64,000 nucleotides of DNA from Candidatus Latescibacterota bacterium (GTDB taxonomy: Bacteria; Latescibacterota; UBA2968; GCA-2709665), in assembly GCA_965248435.1 (NCBI GenBank), contig OZ252100.1, forward strand, positions 4,096,001-4,160,000, given 5' to 3'. The position numbers were made by a program, and so were the translations under genes. This document shows, piece by piece, positions 17,580-27,644 of the stretch. Each line of letters begins with the position of its first letter. Position 1 is the stretch's first letter. The notes below the pieces were generated by a model that saw only the letters and a program-made list of their open reading frames with translations, was not told where the DNA came from and did not search any database.

Positions 17580-18701
17580 ATGGGTCACCCTTCCCGAATC
17601 AACATGGCTGCTTTGAAGCAGGGTATGAAAGCTGAAGGCCTGGATGTCTTGCTGGCCGTATCTCAAGAGAATTTCTTTTACGTTACAGATACGTTATTGC
17701 TGTCACAGAAAATCCTTCCCACCCGACTCTGCATGGCCGTTCTGCCCAGGGATGGACCGCCTGCAGCCCTCGTTTGTTACTGCGAAGAGCTTCAAACACG
17801 GCAGGACTCCTGGATCACTGACATTCATACTTACCTGGAATTTCAGGAAAGCCCTGTGCAGGTCCTGGCCGAATTCCTGAAGGAGCGAGGGTTCGAGGCC
17901 GAGCGCATCGGGATCGAGAAGGAGTTCCTGGCCGCCTGCTACGTTGAGGAGCTGGCCGCCCTGCTGCCGGAGGCGACATGGGTCGGGGCGGATCGCGTGT
18001 TCGACACGGCCCGGGCTATCAAGACCGATACCGAGATCGCGCTTATGACCGAGGCGGCGAGGCTTACGGAGCAGGCGATTCTGGAGACGTTCGAGGAGGC
18101 CAAGCCTGGCGATACAGAGAAGGAGATGGCTGACGTCCTGTGCACTCGCATTCTCAACGCGGGCGCAACCTCGCACTTTATCACCCTTGTCGCAGGGGCA
18201 AATACGGCCATCAATCACCCTTTCCCCGGGTCCAAGCCGCTCGCGCAGGGGGAAATCCTGCGGGTCGATGTCGGGGGCACGTTCAAGGGCTATCAATCTG
18301 ACATGGCCCGGACCGCGGCGATCGGCGCGTCCACGGAGGAGCAAAGATCGACTTACAAGCGTCTGCGGGAGGCGCAGCGAGAGGCTATTGCCGCCGCGCG
18401 GCCGGGGGTGAGGGCGGGTGACCTCTACGGGGTGTGTAAGCGCGCACTCGAACAGGGCGGCCTGTCCATCACCAGCCAGTCGGTCGGCCACGGATTCGGG
18501 ATCGGGCTTCACGAGTTTCCGGTGCTTCACGCCAACGAAAATGCGGAAATCAAACCGGGCATGCTGCTCTGTATCGAGCCGGCGGTAAAGGACTCGAAGG
18601 GATTTCTGTATCACATCGAGGACCTTCTCGTCGTCACGGAGGGGGACCCCGAAATCCTGACAACCGTGATGGATACAGAGGATCTCTTCGTCATCTGTTG
18701 A
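17580..18701 (+). CDS. M24 family Xaa-Pro aminopeptidase/dipeptidase
   Basis: Metal ligands in VDVGG, SDMART, GHGFG, IEP, IED; creatinase-type N-domain. Confidence 0.88.
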   Translation: MGHPSRINMAALKQGMKAEGLDVLLAVSQENFFYVTDTLLLSQKILPTRLCMAVLPRDGPPAALVCYCEELQTRQDSWITDIHTYLEFQESPVQVLAEFLKERGFEAERIGIEKEFLAACYVEELAALLPEATWVGADRVFDTARAIKTDTEIALMTEAARLTEQAILETFEEAKPGDTEKEMADVLCTRILNAGATSHFITLVAGANTAINHPFPGSKPLAQGEILRVDVGGTFKGYQSDMARTAAIGASTEEQRSTYKRLREAQREAIAAARPGVRAGDLYGVCKRALEQGGLSITSQSVGHGFGIGLHEFPVLHANENAEIKPGMLLCIEPAVKDSKGFLYHIEDLLVVTEGDPEILTTVMDTEDLFVIC

Positions 18702-18768
18702 CGACTACACACTCAGAGCATAGTCAGGTCACTGGAGTTTTGACCGTCGAGACCACTAAAGGAGACGT

Positions 18769-20124
18769 TTGAACATGCTTTATCACAGATTGAGGGATCT
18801 CGATGCGCGAGGTGAAACCGTTCAGGTCGGGTTGATCGCCGCCGGAACGTTCGGTACCCAGGTTGTAGCTCAAATGTCCCACGCCGCGGGCATGCGCATT
18901 GCCGCCATCGCCGAACTGGACGCACAAAGGGCTTTGCGTGCCTACGACCTCGGGGGCATCTCGAGTGATCAGGTCGCGACAGCGGAGACGCCCGAAGAGA
19001 TCGACGCTGTCATCGCCTCGGGGCGCCCTGCGGTCGTCGCGAGTGCCCAGGCCCTGATGGAAAGCGGAGTCGACGTCGTCATCGAAGCGACGGGCAATGT
19101 CGAGGCGGGTGCGTCGCACGCTCGCTACGCCATCGCACAGGGAAAACACGTCGTCATGGTTACCGTGGAGGCGGACGTCGTCGTGGGCCATCAACTGGGG
19201 AAACTCGCGGATGATGCCGGCGTGCTCTACAGCGCGGCATACGGCGATGAACCGTCTCTCGCCCTGGAGCTCTGGGACTGGGCCAGTGCCCTCGGTTTTA
19301 GAGTGATTGCCGCGGGCAAGGGCACGCGATTCATGACCGCGTTCAGGAAGGCGAATCCGGATGATGTGCCGAAGTTGTACGGTTTCACCGGCAAGGATTA
19401 CAATGCCCAGATGTTCGGCTCATTCCTCGACGGCACGAAGCACGCCATAGAGATGGCGGCCCTGGCAAATATGAGCGGTCTGGTCCCCGACGTACGCGGC
19501 ATGCACTTCCCGTCCGTCGATCTCAGAGAAATTCCCGATAAGCTCTGCCACCGGGACAAAGGGGGCATTCTCGGGCAGGAGGGCGTCGTCGAAGCGATCA
19601 GCTCCATCGATTCGAACGACGTGGCCGTCGAACGGAGTCTCCGAGGAGGACTCTACTGCGTCGTCGATGGTCAGACGCCTTTCATCATCGAATCCCTGGG
19701 TTCGTACGGCGAGCTCATCGGCCAGTTCATCGGCGAACGCAGCGGCTATTCTATGATCTACAGACCGCAGCACTGGTGCGGACACGAGATGCCCATAACC
19801 ATCGCGCGAATGATGCTGAACAACGAGACCTGCGGGAGGCCGATCGGCCAGTTCGCCGAAGTCGTATCCGCTGCCAAGAAGCCTCTCCCTGCAGGCACAG
19901 TCCTGGACGGCGAAGGCGGCTACTGCGTCTACGAACTGATCGAGAAGGCCGCCCTGGCGAGGGAGGAAAACCTGCTCCCTGTGGGACTCTCTCAGGGCGC
20001 GGTCGTGAGCCGCGACATTCCCGAAGACGGCGTGGTGACCTACGACGATGTAGAACTCCCCGACTCTGAGGTCCTCGAGTTGAGGAGGCTTCAGGACGCG
20101 GTCGTCTCCGAAGCATGCGTGTAA
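18769..20124 (+). CDS. Homoserine-dehydrogenase-like NAD(P) oxidoreductase with a C-terminal SAF domain
   Basis: VVIEATG, GDEP, DGTKHAIEM, LDGEGGY, LLPVGL. Confidence 0.85.
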   Translation: MNMLYHRLRDLDARGETVQVGLIAAGTFGTQVVAQMSHAAGMRIAAIAELDAQRALRAYDLGGISSDQVATAETPEEIDAVIASGRPAVVASAQALMESGVDVVIEATGNVEAGASHARYAIAQGKHVVMVTVEADVVVGHQLGKLADDAGVLYSAAYGDEPSLALELWDWASALGFRVIAAGKGTRFMTAFRKANPDDVPKLYGFTGKDYNAQMFGSFLDGTKHAIEMAALANMSGLVPDVRGMHFPSVDLREIPDKLCHRDKGGILGQEGVVEAISSIDSNDVAVERSLRGGLYCVVDGQTPFIIESLGSYGELIGQFIGERSGYSMIYRPQHWCGHEMPITIARMMLNNETCGRPIGQFAEVVSAAKKPLPAGTVLDGEGGYCVYELIEKAALAREENLLPVGLSQGAVVSRDIPEDGVVTYDDVELPDSEVLELRRLQDAVVSEACV

Positions 20125-20140
20125 GGGAATAGGTTACGAT

Positions 20141-20740
20141 ATGTTCTACAAATCAGACCAACCAGATATCCCGCCGGGGTTGATCAACAGCTGCGATGTT
20201 CCAAGGTCTATATTCTGGGTTACCTCGCAGGATCTCGACGGAATCGTAAACGCCGCCCCTTATAGTTTCTCTGGGGCAGTCGCCTACAGACCCCCACAGG
20301 TCTTTTTTTCCGCCACCGGATTGGGAAGGCGCGGCGGAGAGAAGGACTCCGTGGCCAACGTGAGGGCGACAGGGGAGTTCGTCGTAAACTTCCCCACCTA
20401 CGAAAGTCGCGAACAGATGAACGTAACGAGCGCGAACGTGGATCCGGAGATCGACGAACTGGCGCTCGCGGGACTGGAGAAAGTGGCGTCGACACTCGTA
20501 AAGCCGCCTGGGATCAAGGTATCGCCCATCAGGTTGGAGTGTCGGTTGAGTCAGATCGTGACCCTTTCCGGAGATCACAATACGCTGGTGATTGGAGAGG
20601 TTTTGGGCTACCATATTCAGGACCAATACCTTAAGGATGGTCAGGTCGATTGGGTTGCTTATCGACCGATCGCGAGGATGGGGAGAGCGGATGGGTACAC
20701 CGTGGTGGATGATGTGTTCTTTATGCAGAGGCCGGGATAG
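20141..20740 (+). CDS. Flavin reductase family protein (DIM6/NTAB-like)
   Basis: VPR, NAAPYS, KDSVANVRATGEFVVN, LECRL. Confidence 0.87.
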   Translation: MFYKSDQPDIPPGLINSCDVPRSIFWVTSQDLDGIVNAAPYSFSGAVAYRPPQVFFSATGLGRRGGEKDSVANVRATGEFVVNFPTYESREQMNVTSANVDPEIDELALAGLEKVASTLVKPPGIKVSPIRLECRLSQIVTLSGDHNTLVIGEVLGYHIQDQYLKDGQVDWVAYRPIARMGRADGYTVVDDVFFMQRPG

Positions 20741-20756
20741 GGAAAACCCGTATCTC

Positions 20757-20800
20757 GGACCTAACCCCCCCGGCCCCCCTTCCCTAAAGGGAAGGGGGGA
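20757..20800. repeat. REP-like palindrome GACCTAACCCCC...CCCCTTCCCTAAAGGGAAGGGGG
   Basis: Near-identical to 59661-59703; inverted copies at 58011-58048 and 61467-61533. Confidence 0.8.
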
Positions 20801-20873
20801 GCGGTGAGGATCATCGCGAACTCTCACGCAAGGGAAACGGGAAGTTGATTTCAGCTGCTCAAGCAGGAGGGAA

Positions 20874-21842
20874 ATGAGCCGATCTGAAACCATCCTGAAT
20901 TCGGCGATCGACTCGATCGGTGAAACACCTCTTGTCGAGCTCTCGAGACTCACGAAAGATGTGGATGGCCGGATCCTGGCCAAGATGGAGTACCTGAATC
21001 CGGGACTCTCCAAGAAGGACCGGATCGCGCGTCAGATGATCGAGGACGCCGAGGCAGAGGGTACGCTGAAGCCCGGACAGACGGTCGTCGAGCTGACGAG
21101 CGGAAATACAGGCACTGGACTGGCGATCGTGTGCGGCATAAAGGGCTATCCGTTCGTTGCGGTGATGTCGAAAGGGAACTCGTCGGAACGTTCCCGCATG
21201 ATGCGCGCGCTGGGCGCAGAAGTCGTTCTGGTGGATCAACTTCCGGATTCAAGACCGGGTCAGGTGTCTGGCGAGGATCTGGAGCTTGTCGAGCAGGCGG
21301 CCCAGCGAATCGTCGAAGAACGCGGTGCGTTTCGGGCCGATCAGTTCCGGCTCACAGGTAATGTGCGCGCCCACACCCTGCACACCGGGCCGGAGATTAT
21401 CCGGCAGTCGGCCGGTGCGTTCGATGTTTTCTGCGATTTCGCAGGTTCGGGCGGATCCTTCGCCGGATGCGCCGCCGCGTTCAAGGCGCACAACGCATCG
21501 ATTCAGTGTTTCATCGTCGAGCCGGAGGGGACGGCGATCCTCTCGGGTGAGCCAGTCACACATCCGAATCACCGCATCCAGGGGGGCGGCTACGCCATAG
21601 CCGATCTACCTCTGCTCAGGCCTGAACATATCGACGGCTACGTCACCGTCACGGACGAGGAGGCCCGCCAAACGGCGCGCCGCCTGGCCAAGGAGGAGGG
21701 CATCTTTGCGGGGTTCTCGTCGGGCGCCAATGTTTCAGCGGCACTGGAGCTGCTTCAGACGACCTGCAAGGACAAGACGATCGTCGTGTTGCTGAATGAT
21801 TCCGGGCTGAAGTATTTGAGCACCGACCTGTGGAACGAATAA
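20874..21842 (+). CDS. PLP-dependent cysteine synthase family protein
   Basis: IGETPLV, NPGLSKKDR (PLP Lys), TSGNTG, GFSSGAN, DSGLKYLST. Confidence 0.9.
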   Translation: MSRSETILNSAIDSIGETPLVELSRLTKDVDGRILAKMEYLNPGLSKKDRIARQMIEDAEAEGTLKPGQTVVELTSGNTGTGLAIVCGIKGYPFVAVMSKGNSSERSRMMRALGAEVVLVDQLPDSRPGQVSGEDLELVEQAAQRIVEERGAFRADQFRLTGNVRAHTLHTGPEIIRQSAGAFDVFCDFAGSGGSFAGCAAAFKAHNASIQCFIVEPEGTAILSGEPVTHPNHRIQGGGYAIADLPLLRPEHIDGYVTVTDEEARQTARRLAKEEGIFAGFSSGANVSAALELLQTTCKDKTIVVLLNDSGLKYLSTDLWNE

Positions 21843-21845
21843 ACC

Positions 21846-21875
21846 CGTATCTCGTATTTAGTATCTCGTATCTCG
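21846..21875 (+). repeat. Heptamer tandem repeat (CGTATCT)n
   Basis: About 4 imperfect units directly after the stop codon. Confidence 0.75.
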
Positions 21876-21896
21876 GAGGACTCGTCATCTCACTGG

Positions 21897-21955
21897 GCCC
21901 TCACCCCGCCTTCGCTTCGCTCAGGCACTCCTCTCCCGCACGCAGGAGAGGGGAC
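21897..21955. repeat. REP-like palindrome CCCTCACCCC...CCTCTCC..GGAGAGGG with a nested CCTTCGCTTCGCTCAGG motif
   Basis: Intergenic GC-rich inverted repeat. Confidence 0.6.
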
Positions 21956-22005
21956 TTGTGTCCTTAACACCCGTTCTGAGAAGAACCTTTCCAGCGGAGG
22001 TCCAA

Positions 22006-22665
22006 ATGACAAAATATCTGACTTTCCTCCACACGCTGCCCGCGTTCGTAGATACGTTCAATGGTCTGCTTGAAGCGCGGTCTCTTCCTTTAGATGCGAC
22101 GCACGTTGTGGACGAGAATCTTCTGAGAGACGCCAGAGAAGCGGGCGAGATCACAGATGAGATAGACAGCGCGGTCTCCATCCATATCGGGAAGGCTGCT
22201 GCGGATGGCGCGAAGGTGGTCCTTTGTACATGCTCGACTATTGGTGGTAGTGCCGAGCAGGTTCAACTTCCAGACTGCCGGGTCATCCGTGTCGACCGGC
22301 CGATGGCAGACAAGGCTGTCGAGATCGGCACTGTGATTCTCGTTGCCGCAGCCCTGGAGAGTACGATCGGCCCTACCGGGGAGTTGATTCAAGACTCCGC
22401 GAGACGAGCGGGTAAGCAGGTGAAGATCAGGGAGGTCGTCTGTGAGGGTGCGTGGGATCGATTCGAGCAGGGTGACAACGAGGGGTATCACGAGCGTATC
22501 GCGGAATCCCTGAGGGCGAACGTGGAAGGATGCGATGTGGTTGTGCTCGCGCAGGCTTCGATGGCGGGCGCCGCGAAGCTGTGTGAGGATCTCCCCGTCC
22601 CAGTGCTCAGCAGCCCGGAGTTAGGAATGGCGGCAGCGATCGAAGCGCTGGAAGCTCTGGAGTGA
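22006..22665 (+). CDS. Asp/Glu/hydantoin racemase family protein
   Basis: LCTCSTIG, RVDRPM, VVLAQASMA, PVLSSP; RBS GGAGG. Confidence 0.82.
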   Translation: MTKYLTFLHTLPAFVDTFNGLLEARSLPLDATHVVDENLLRDAREAGEITDEIDSAVSIHIGKAAADGAKVVLCTCSTIGGSAEQVQLPDCRVIRVDRPMADKAVEIGTVILVAAALESTIGPTGELIQDSARRAGKQVKIREVVCEGAWDRFEQGDNEGYHERIAESLRANVEGCDVVVLAQASMAGAAKLCEDLPVPVLSSPELGMAAAIEALEALE

Positions 22666-22677
22666 CTTTTTTCGCGA

Positions 22678-23814
22678 CTAAACAAAGGCCTTGAGCATCG
22701 CGCTGGGGTAGCCCAGATTGATGGCCGCTGAAAGGGCGCCGCTTCTGACGGCAAAGTTGACGTGAAGGGTGACGTCATCAGGTTCGGGCGCGTTGGTTTG
22801 ATGCGGAACCGGAACTGCTGCAAGGGCCCACTGCCAGTTTATGTTTCTGATATCGAACGGGTAGACAGGATTCCATTCGTCGACCAACGCCTGCCCCAAA
22901 TCGCGTATCGAATCCTCTATAGTCTCGGACATGCTCCAGAACTCTTCTATGGATAGACGAGGCACTTCGTTTTTGTCCTCCTGGACCCGGCCCGAGAGAC
23001 TTGACCACAAAGCCATTCCCAGAGACCAGGATAGATCCACTTCCACGCAGCCCTTCGCAGGACTTATCGCGCAACTCCACGTGTAGCGGGGATCCGGTAA
23101 GAATTTGTGGAACTGAGCGTAGCTGCCGACGCGCTGGAACTCCACCGATACTGTCACTCCCCTCCCGAGGTCACGTGTGAGAATCTCTCCGACTCGATCC
23201 GCCAACCGCTTGTGAATCTCCTTCAATCTCCCAGAACGTTTTCGTAGCTTATCGGCAAGATCCTCGTCGGTGAGGTCCTGTGTCCACCACTGGTCCGGCA
23301 GGGACGTGAGGGGTTTCCAGACGTAGACGGCGTTCGAAAATTCGGCCAACACGCGATATCCAGCGGTTTTGAACAGCGCGGAGCAGACCGCGTCGTCGGG
23401 TGGGAGCCGGGCTGCGACTGTGTCCAGCTCAAATTCGCTCAGTTTCTTCTCCAGAACCCGGAGGGTGGATTCCAGGTAGTCTCTCAGCGGGAAGGCGTCG
23501 TAGATCTGGTATCCAGACAGCCAGGCACCCTTGATTCCGTGTTTGCGAAGACCGGTGTCGAACTGTACCTCGCCGACTCGCTGCTGATTGATGCGGTCGA
23601 TAACGAAGTAGGTGTGCTGGTTCCTGGTCGCAAGTCCATCCGGCCAGTATGTATCAAACTCTTTTTCAGCTTTTCGCTCGGCATCTTCAGCCGCGGCGAG
23701 ACCATCTCTGATGAATCCGTCGGCGTAGTCTTGAATGGCCTTTTTACGGAGCTGGCGAAACTCATCCTGATTCATGCTTACTAATTCGACGATGTCAGAA
23801 TCGTGTGTGCTCAT
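22678..23814 (-). CDS. GNAT-like N-terminal domain fused to a FliM middle-domain (CheC-like) homologue
   Basis: N-half like GNAT (ALFKTAGY); C-half IHKRLA...SYAQFHKFLPDP...INLGYP resembles FliM. Confidence 0.6.
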   Translation of the reverse strand: MSTHDSDIVELVSMNQDEFRQLRKKAIQDYADGFIRDGLAAAEDAERKAEKEFDTYWPDGLATRNQHTYFVIDRINQQRVGEVQFDTGLRKHGIKGAWLSGYQIYDAFPLRDYLESTLRVLEKKLSEFELDTVAARLPPDDAVCSALFKTAGYRVLAEFSNAVYVWKPLTSLPDQWWTQDLTDEDLADKLRKRSGRLKEIHKRLADRVGEILTRDLGRGVTVSVEFQRVGSYAQFHKFLPDPRYTWSCAISPAKGCVEVDLSWSLGMALWSSLSGRVQEDKNEVPRLSIEEFWSMSETIEDSIRDLGQALVDEWNPVYPFDIRNINWQWALAAVPVPHQTNAPEPDDVTLHVNFAVRSGALSAAINLGYPSAMLKAFV

Positions 23815-24151
23815 ATTCGATCGATGACCTATGGATTCAACGGTTGCGGGCCCTGTCCGGACGCATTGGGGCAAGAAAGAAGGGCCTGGGCAACAGATCT
23901 GTCAAGTGGTCGCAGACAGGGCGGCGGCCTCTCTCGCCGGCGGTCTGCTTTACGAATGGAACACGGCCTCGCCGTGGGGTTCGTGCTCATCGTCTCCGCG
24001 ATGGCCCTTGTTGTCGCCGGGGTCTTTGTCCGGGATCCGAAGCGTGCAGAGGTTTGATGGTAACGGAAGGCATAGAGGATATCTTCGAGATAACCAACTG
24101 CAAGCGGGAAAACGTCGGTTTAGGCAGGCTCTTGGATGGACAGGTTGTCAA

Positions 24152-24925
24152 ATGATCGCTGATCCTTTCCACGTGATCGCCCACCGAGGGGCCAGCGCCT
24201 ACGCGCCGGAGAATACAATGGCCGCGTTTCGCAAGGCCCTCGAGCTGGGTGTTCCGGAAGTCGAAACGGATGTGAGGTTCACCAAAGACAAGAGACTGGT
24301 CCTTTTTCACGATCGTACGCTCGAGCGCACGACGGACGGCGCGGGCCCGCCGTCTGATCATACTCTGGAGGAACTTAAACAGCTGGACGCGGGCTCCTGG
24401 ATGGATCCTTCTGAGTATGAGGGTTTCGAGTGGAGAGAAAATTATTCGGGCGAGCGGCTGATCACCCTGGAAGAACTTTTGGACGTGTTCGGCGATAGTT
24501 TCGTTTACCACATCGAAATAAAGGATCGAACAGAAGGGCTGGTTGCTGCAGTGATCGACTGTATTCGAAGCCGCGGCCTGATCGATAAGGTCTATATCTA
24601 CATCCTGAATGAGGAAGCACACCTGTTTGAAGCAAAGCAGTTGGAACCGAAGGTTCTTACAGCCCTCGCTCCCAAACGCCAGCTGGAGGAACAGGGCACT
24701 CAAGCCATTGAGGCGGTCGCACGCAGAGGTCACGACATGGTGGTCTTTTCTGCGCTCAATCATCGACGAGAGTTTGTTGACCTTGCGCACCGTCTGAGCA
24801 TCGAGGCACGAAGCTCGGGCATACGAAACCGTGAGGATATGATAGAGGCCGTTGAGATCGGGTGTAACGGGATGACGATCAACTGGCCGGACTGGCTACT
24901 CGACTATCTCGGCGAGCAGAAGTAA
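24152..24925 (+). CDS. Glycerophosphodiester phosphodiesterase family protein
   Basis: IAHRGAS, PENT, ETDV, HDRTLERTT, IEIK. Confidence 0.9.
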   Translation: MIADPFHVIAHRGASAYAPENTMAAFRKALELGVPEVETDVRFTKDKRLVLFHDRTLERTTDGAGPPSDHTLEELKQLDAGSWMDPSEYEGFEWRENYSGERLITLEELLDVFGDSFVYHIEIKDRTEGLVAAVIDCIRSRGLIDKVYIYILNEEAHLFEAKQLEPKVLTALAPKRQLEEQGTQAIEAVARRGHDMVVFSALNHRREFVDLAHRLSIEARSSGIRNREDMIEAVEIGCNGMTINWPDWLLDYLGEQK

Positions 24926-24983
24926 TTTGAGTGGTGAGCATCCGGAGTCGATTCGAATCACGTGTATCTAATAGGAGACGACG

Positions 24984-25832
24984 ATGGATGCTGAGCTTGC
25001 CAGACAGTGGAAGGAGAAGGGGTATCTGGTCGTGCGCGGGGTATATGACGCGGAGCGCACGGCGTTGTTGGGCGATATCTGTGAACGCCTCCTGGCGGAA
25101 TGGCGACGGGAAAATCCCCAGACCGGGTTGCCGGGCGGAGACCGCGATGCGATCGTGATGCGCCATCTGAATCACCCCGCCTATTTCAGCAAGGGGGAAG
25201 CGGGATTTCCCGAGGTGATGGACGCCGTCGCCGACGACAGGGTGCTCGAGATTTGCCGCTCGATCCTGGGGCAGGAGCCGCTGTTTCGCTGCACCAGCCT
25301 CTTTATGAATCCGCTCGACACGAGCGACGACGGCAATTGGCACCGGGATACGCAGCACACGTACCCGGACGAGGAAGAAGAGAAGAAGGTGATCGCCAAC
25401 TCGGGTAGAGAAGGCACTGGCGTGCAATTACAGGTGGCTCTGATATCCAGCGACGCCCTGGAGTACGTGCCGGGGTCGCACAAGAGGTGGGACACGCCGG
25501 AGGAGTACGCCATCCGGCGGGCGGACGGCATGGCCAACAACCGGGCCAACACGATGCCCGGGGCCGTGCGCATCGCCCTGGAGCCGGGGGACGCCGCGGC
25601 GTTCAACTCCCACGGGCTGCACCGCGGGCGTCGCCACACCGACATCCCGCGGCGCACGCTGATGTTGACGTATACCGAGACATCCAGGGAGGTGTTCGAC
25701 AAGTACTCGAATCAGCCCTGGTTCGATACGCCGGGGTATCTGGATGGACTGAAGCCGGAGACGCAGGCGTTCTTCGAGTCGTTCGTGGCTGCATACGGCG
25801 AGCAGTGGGTCCGGAAGGTTGAAGCGAGATAG
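24984..25832 (+). CDS. PhyH family dioxygenase
   Basis: KGYLVV, WHRD, VPGSH, LHRG. Confidence 0.87.
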   Translation: MDAELARQWKEKGYLVVRGVYDAERTALLGDICERLLAEWRRENPQTGLPGGDRDAIVMRHLNHPAYFSKGEAGFPEVMDAVADDRVLEICRSILGQEPLFRCTSLFMNPLDTSDDGNWHRDTQHTYPDEEEEKKVIANSGREGTGVQLQVALISSDALEYVPGSHKRWDTPEEYAIRRADGMANNRANTMPGAVRIALEPGDAAAFNSHGLHRGRRHTDIPRRTLMLTYTETSREVFDKYSNQPWFDTPGYLDGLKPETQAFFESFVAAYGEQWVRKVEAR

Positions 25833-25859
25833 GATATCTCTCGTCCAAGAAGGAGGCTC

Positions 25860-26846
25860 GTGATTTCTGAGAACGGCTGGATGCCCTACTTAAATGAGGC
25901 CGTGAGAGAGATGTTGGAGGCGGTGCGTCACGGTGATCTTCGAGCCGTTCGGGAGATTCTTGATGACGATCCTTCGGCGGCGAATGCGAACTGGGTAGGG
26001 GGCTACTCACTCCCCGATTACCCGAACTTTCAGAACGAATGTGTACCGCTATTCGTGACCTGCCAGGGTGTCTTTGACGGAACGAATCGAAAAGGGAACG
26101 AGTACGAAATCGCCAGGGCCTTGATCGACGCAGGCGCTGATATACACGTCAACGAGGACGCGCTCTTGTCCAGCGCCGCCGCGAGTCTGGGCGCCATGGG
26201 CGTCGCCCGGGCGCTTCTCGAGGCCGGCGCTCCGATCGACGGCCCGCAAGACGGCAGGCGTGAAGAACCTCTGTGCGCTGCACTTTTTTTTGGGTTTACC
26301 GAGTTGAGTGAGTATCTCGCGAGTCAGGGTGCCATGTTGGACATGCGGTTCGCTGCCGGTTTGGGACAGCTCGAGAAAGTGAAAAGCTACTTCAATGACG
26401 ATGGCAGCCTGAAGCCGGGCGCAGGTGAGTTGTCGATGATGTTCTGGGATCTGCACGGTCCAGTCGGGCACGTTGAAAGGACGCGCGAAGTCATTTTGCG
26501 CCAGGCCATGCTGTTCGCGAGCCTGCACGCCCGGCACGACGTGATCGACTACCTGCTGGCACAGGGCGCAGACATCAACGCGTTGGTCCTGGAAACGGAC
26601 GTCGACGCGACCTGTTTGCACCGCGTATGTAGTTACACGCCTGGCAAGACAGACAGTGTTGAAGCCGTCGAGGCGCGGCGGGTACACACCGTGAAGTTCC
26701 TGCTCGACCGCGGTGCCGATGTAACGGTCGTCGATGGAACACACGGGGCCACGGCGGAACAGTGGGCAGAGCGAGCCGGATTCAAAGAAGCTGCGGCCCA
26801 GCTGAGCGAATACGAAACAAAACATCTAAGCGAAAAAGACTCCTAG
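25860..26846 (+). CDS. Ankyrin repeat protein
   Basis: Repeated ALIDAGADIH, LLEAGA, LLAQGADIN, LLDRGADV. Confidence 0.85.
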   Translation: MISENGWMPYLNEAVREMLEAVRHGDLRAVREILDDDPSAANANWVGGYSLPDYPNFQNECVPLFVTCQGVFDGTNRKGNEYEIARALIDAGADIHVNEDALLSSAAASLGAMGVARALLEAGAPIDGPQDGRREEPLCAALFFGFTELSEYLASQGAMLDMRFAAGLGQLEKVKSYFNDDGSLKPGAGELSMMFWDLHGPVGHVERTREVILRQAMLFASLHARHDVIDYLLAQGADINALVLETDVDATCLHRVCSYTPGKTDSVEAVEARRVHTVKFLLDRGADVTVVDGTHGATAEQWAERAGFKEAAAQLSEYETKHLSEKDS

Positions 26847-27620
26847 ATGCTGACCTATGAGCAACGTGAGGCGTTTGACGAGTGTGGATTCGTGCGGATT
26901 TCCGGTGCGTTCACACCTGAACAAGCCGCCGCTATGGAAGAGCAAGTGTGGTCAGTCCTTGCCCGTAAATCCGGGGTGGAGAGGGAGGATTCCTCAACAT
27001 GGGTAACAGGACCCGTCCACCGCCTCCAGCATCTCAGAGGACGTGCAGCATTCAAGGCCATCGGGGGTGACGTCACACGCGCGGTTCTCGATGACCTTCT
27101 CGGCCCCGATCAATGGGAAACACCAAAGCATTGGGGGCAGTTTCTGGTCTCGTTCCCGGAAGCGGGCCGCGTCTGGAATGTGCCGACGGGCTGGCACAGC
27201 GACCATAGCTTTCGGAAGCCAACCGAAACGCTGTTTGGGGCAATGCTGTTCAGCTTTATGGCCGACGTCGCGCCCCGAAGCGGAGGGACCACAGTAATGG
27301 CGGGATCTCATCGGGTGGTCCGGCGATTCGCGGAGACGCACCCCAGCGAGATTCTCGCTAAGAACAGGGAGTGTCGTCTCGCCTTCGAGCACAGCGACCC
27401 ATGGCTAAGCGCGCTTGTGTCCGATGAGGAGGATCCCAACAGGGTGGAGCGGTTCATGGAGAAGGAACACGACCTGGGTGGCATCACGGTGCGCGTGACA
27501 GAGCTCACGGGACAGCCAGGCGATATCATCTTCGGGCACCCGTGGCTGCTGCATGCCGGAGCCCTAAACTGCGGAGTGCACCCAAAGTTCATGCTCGTGC
27601 AGAGGATCAGCAGCAAGTGA
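26847..27620 (+). CDS. PhyH family dioxygenase
   Basis: MLTYEQREAFDECGFV, WHSD, GSH, LLH. Confidence 0.87.
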   Translation: MLTYEQREAFDECGFVRISGAFTPEQAAAMEEQVWSVLARKSGVEREDSSTWVTGPVHRLQHLRGRAAFKAIGGDVTRAVLDDLLGPDQWETPKHWGQFLVSFPEAGRVWNVPTGWHSDHSFRKPTETLFGAMLFSFMADVAPRSGGTTVMAGSHRVVRRFAETHPSEILAKNRECRLAFEHSDPWLSALVSDEEDPNRVERFMEKEHDLGGITVRVTELTGQPGDIIFGHPWLLHAGALNCGVHPKFMLVQRISSK

Positions 27621-27644
27621 TCAACGGTTAAGAAGGAGATAGCG

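Noticed and set aside
23831-24151. N-terminal extension of the phosphodiesterase ORF
   Set aside because: Family similarity starts at MIADPFHVIAHRG (24152); the upstream part looks like remnant DNA
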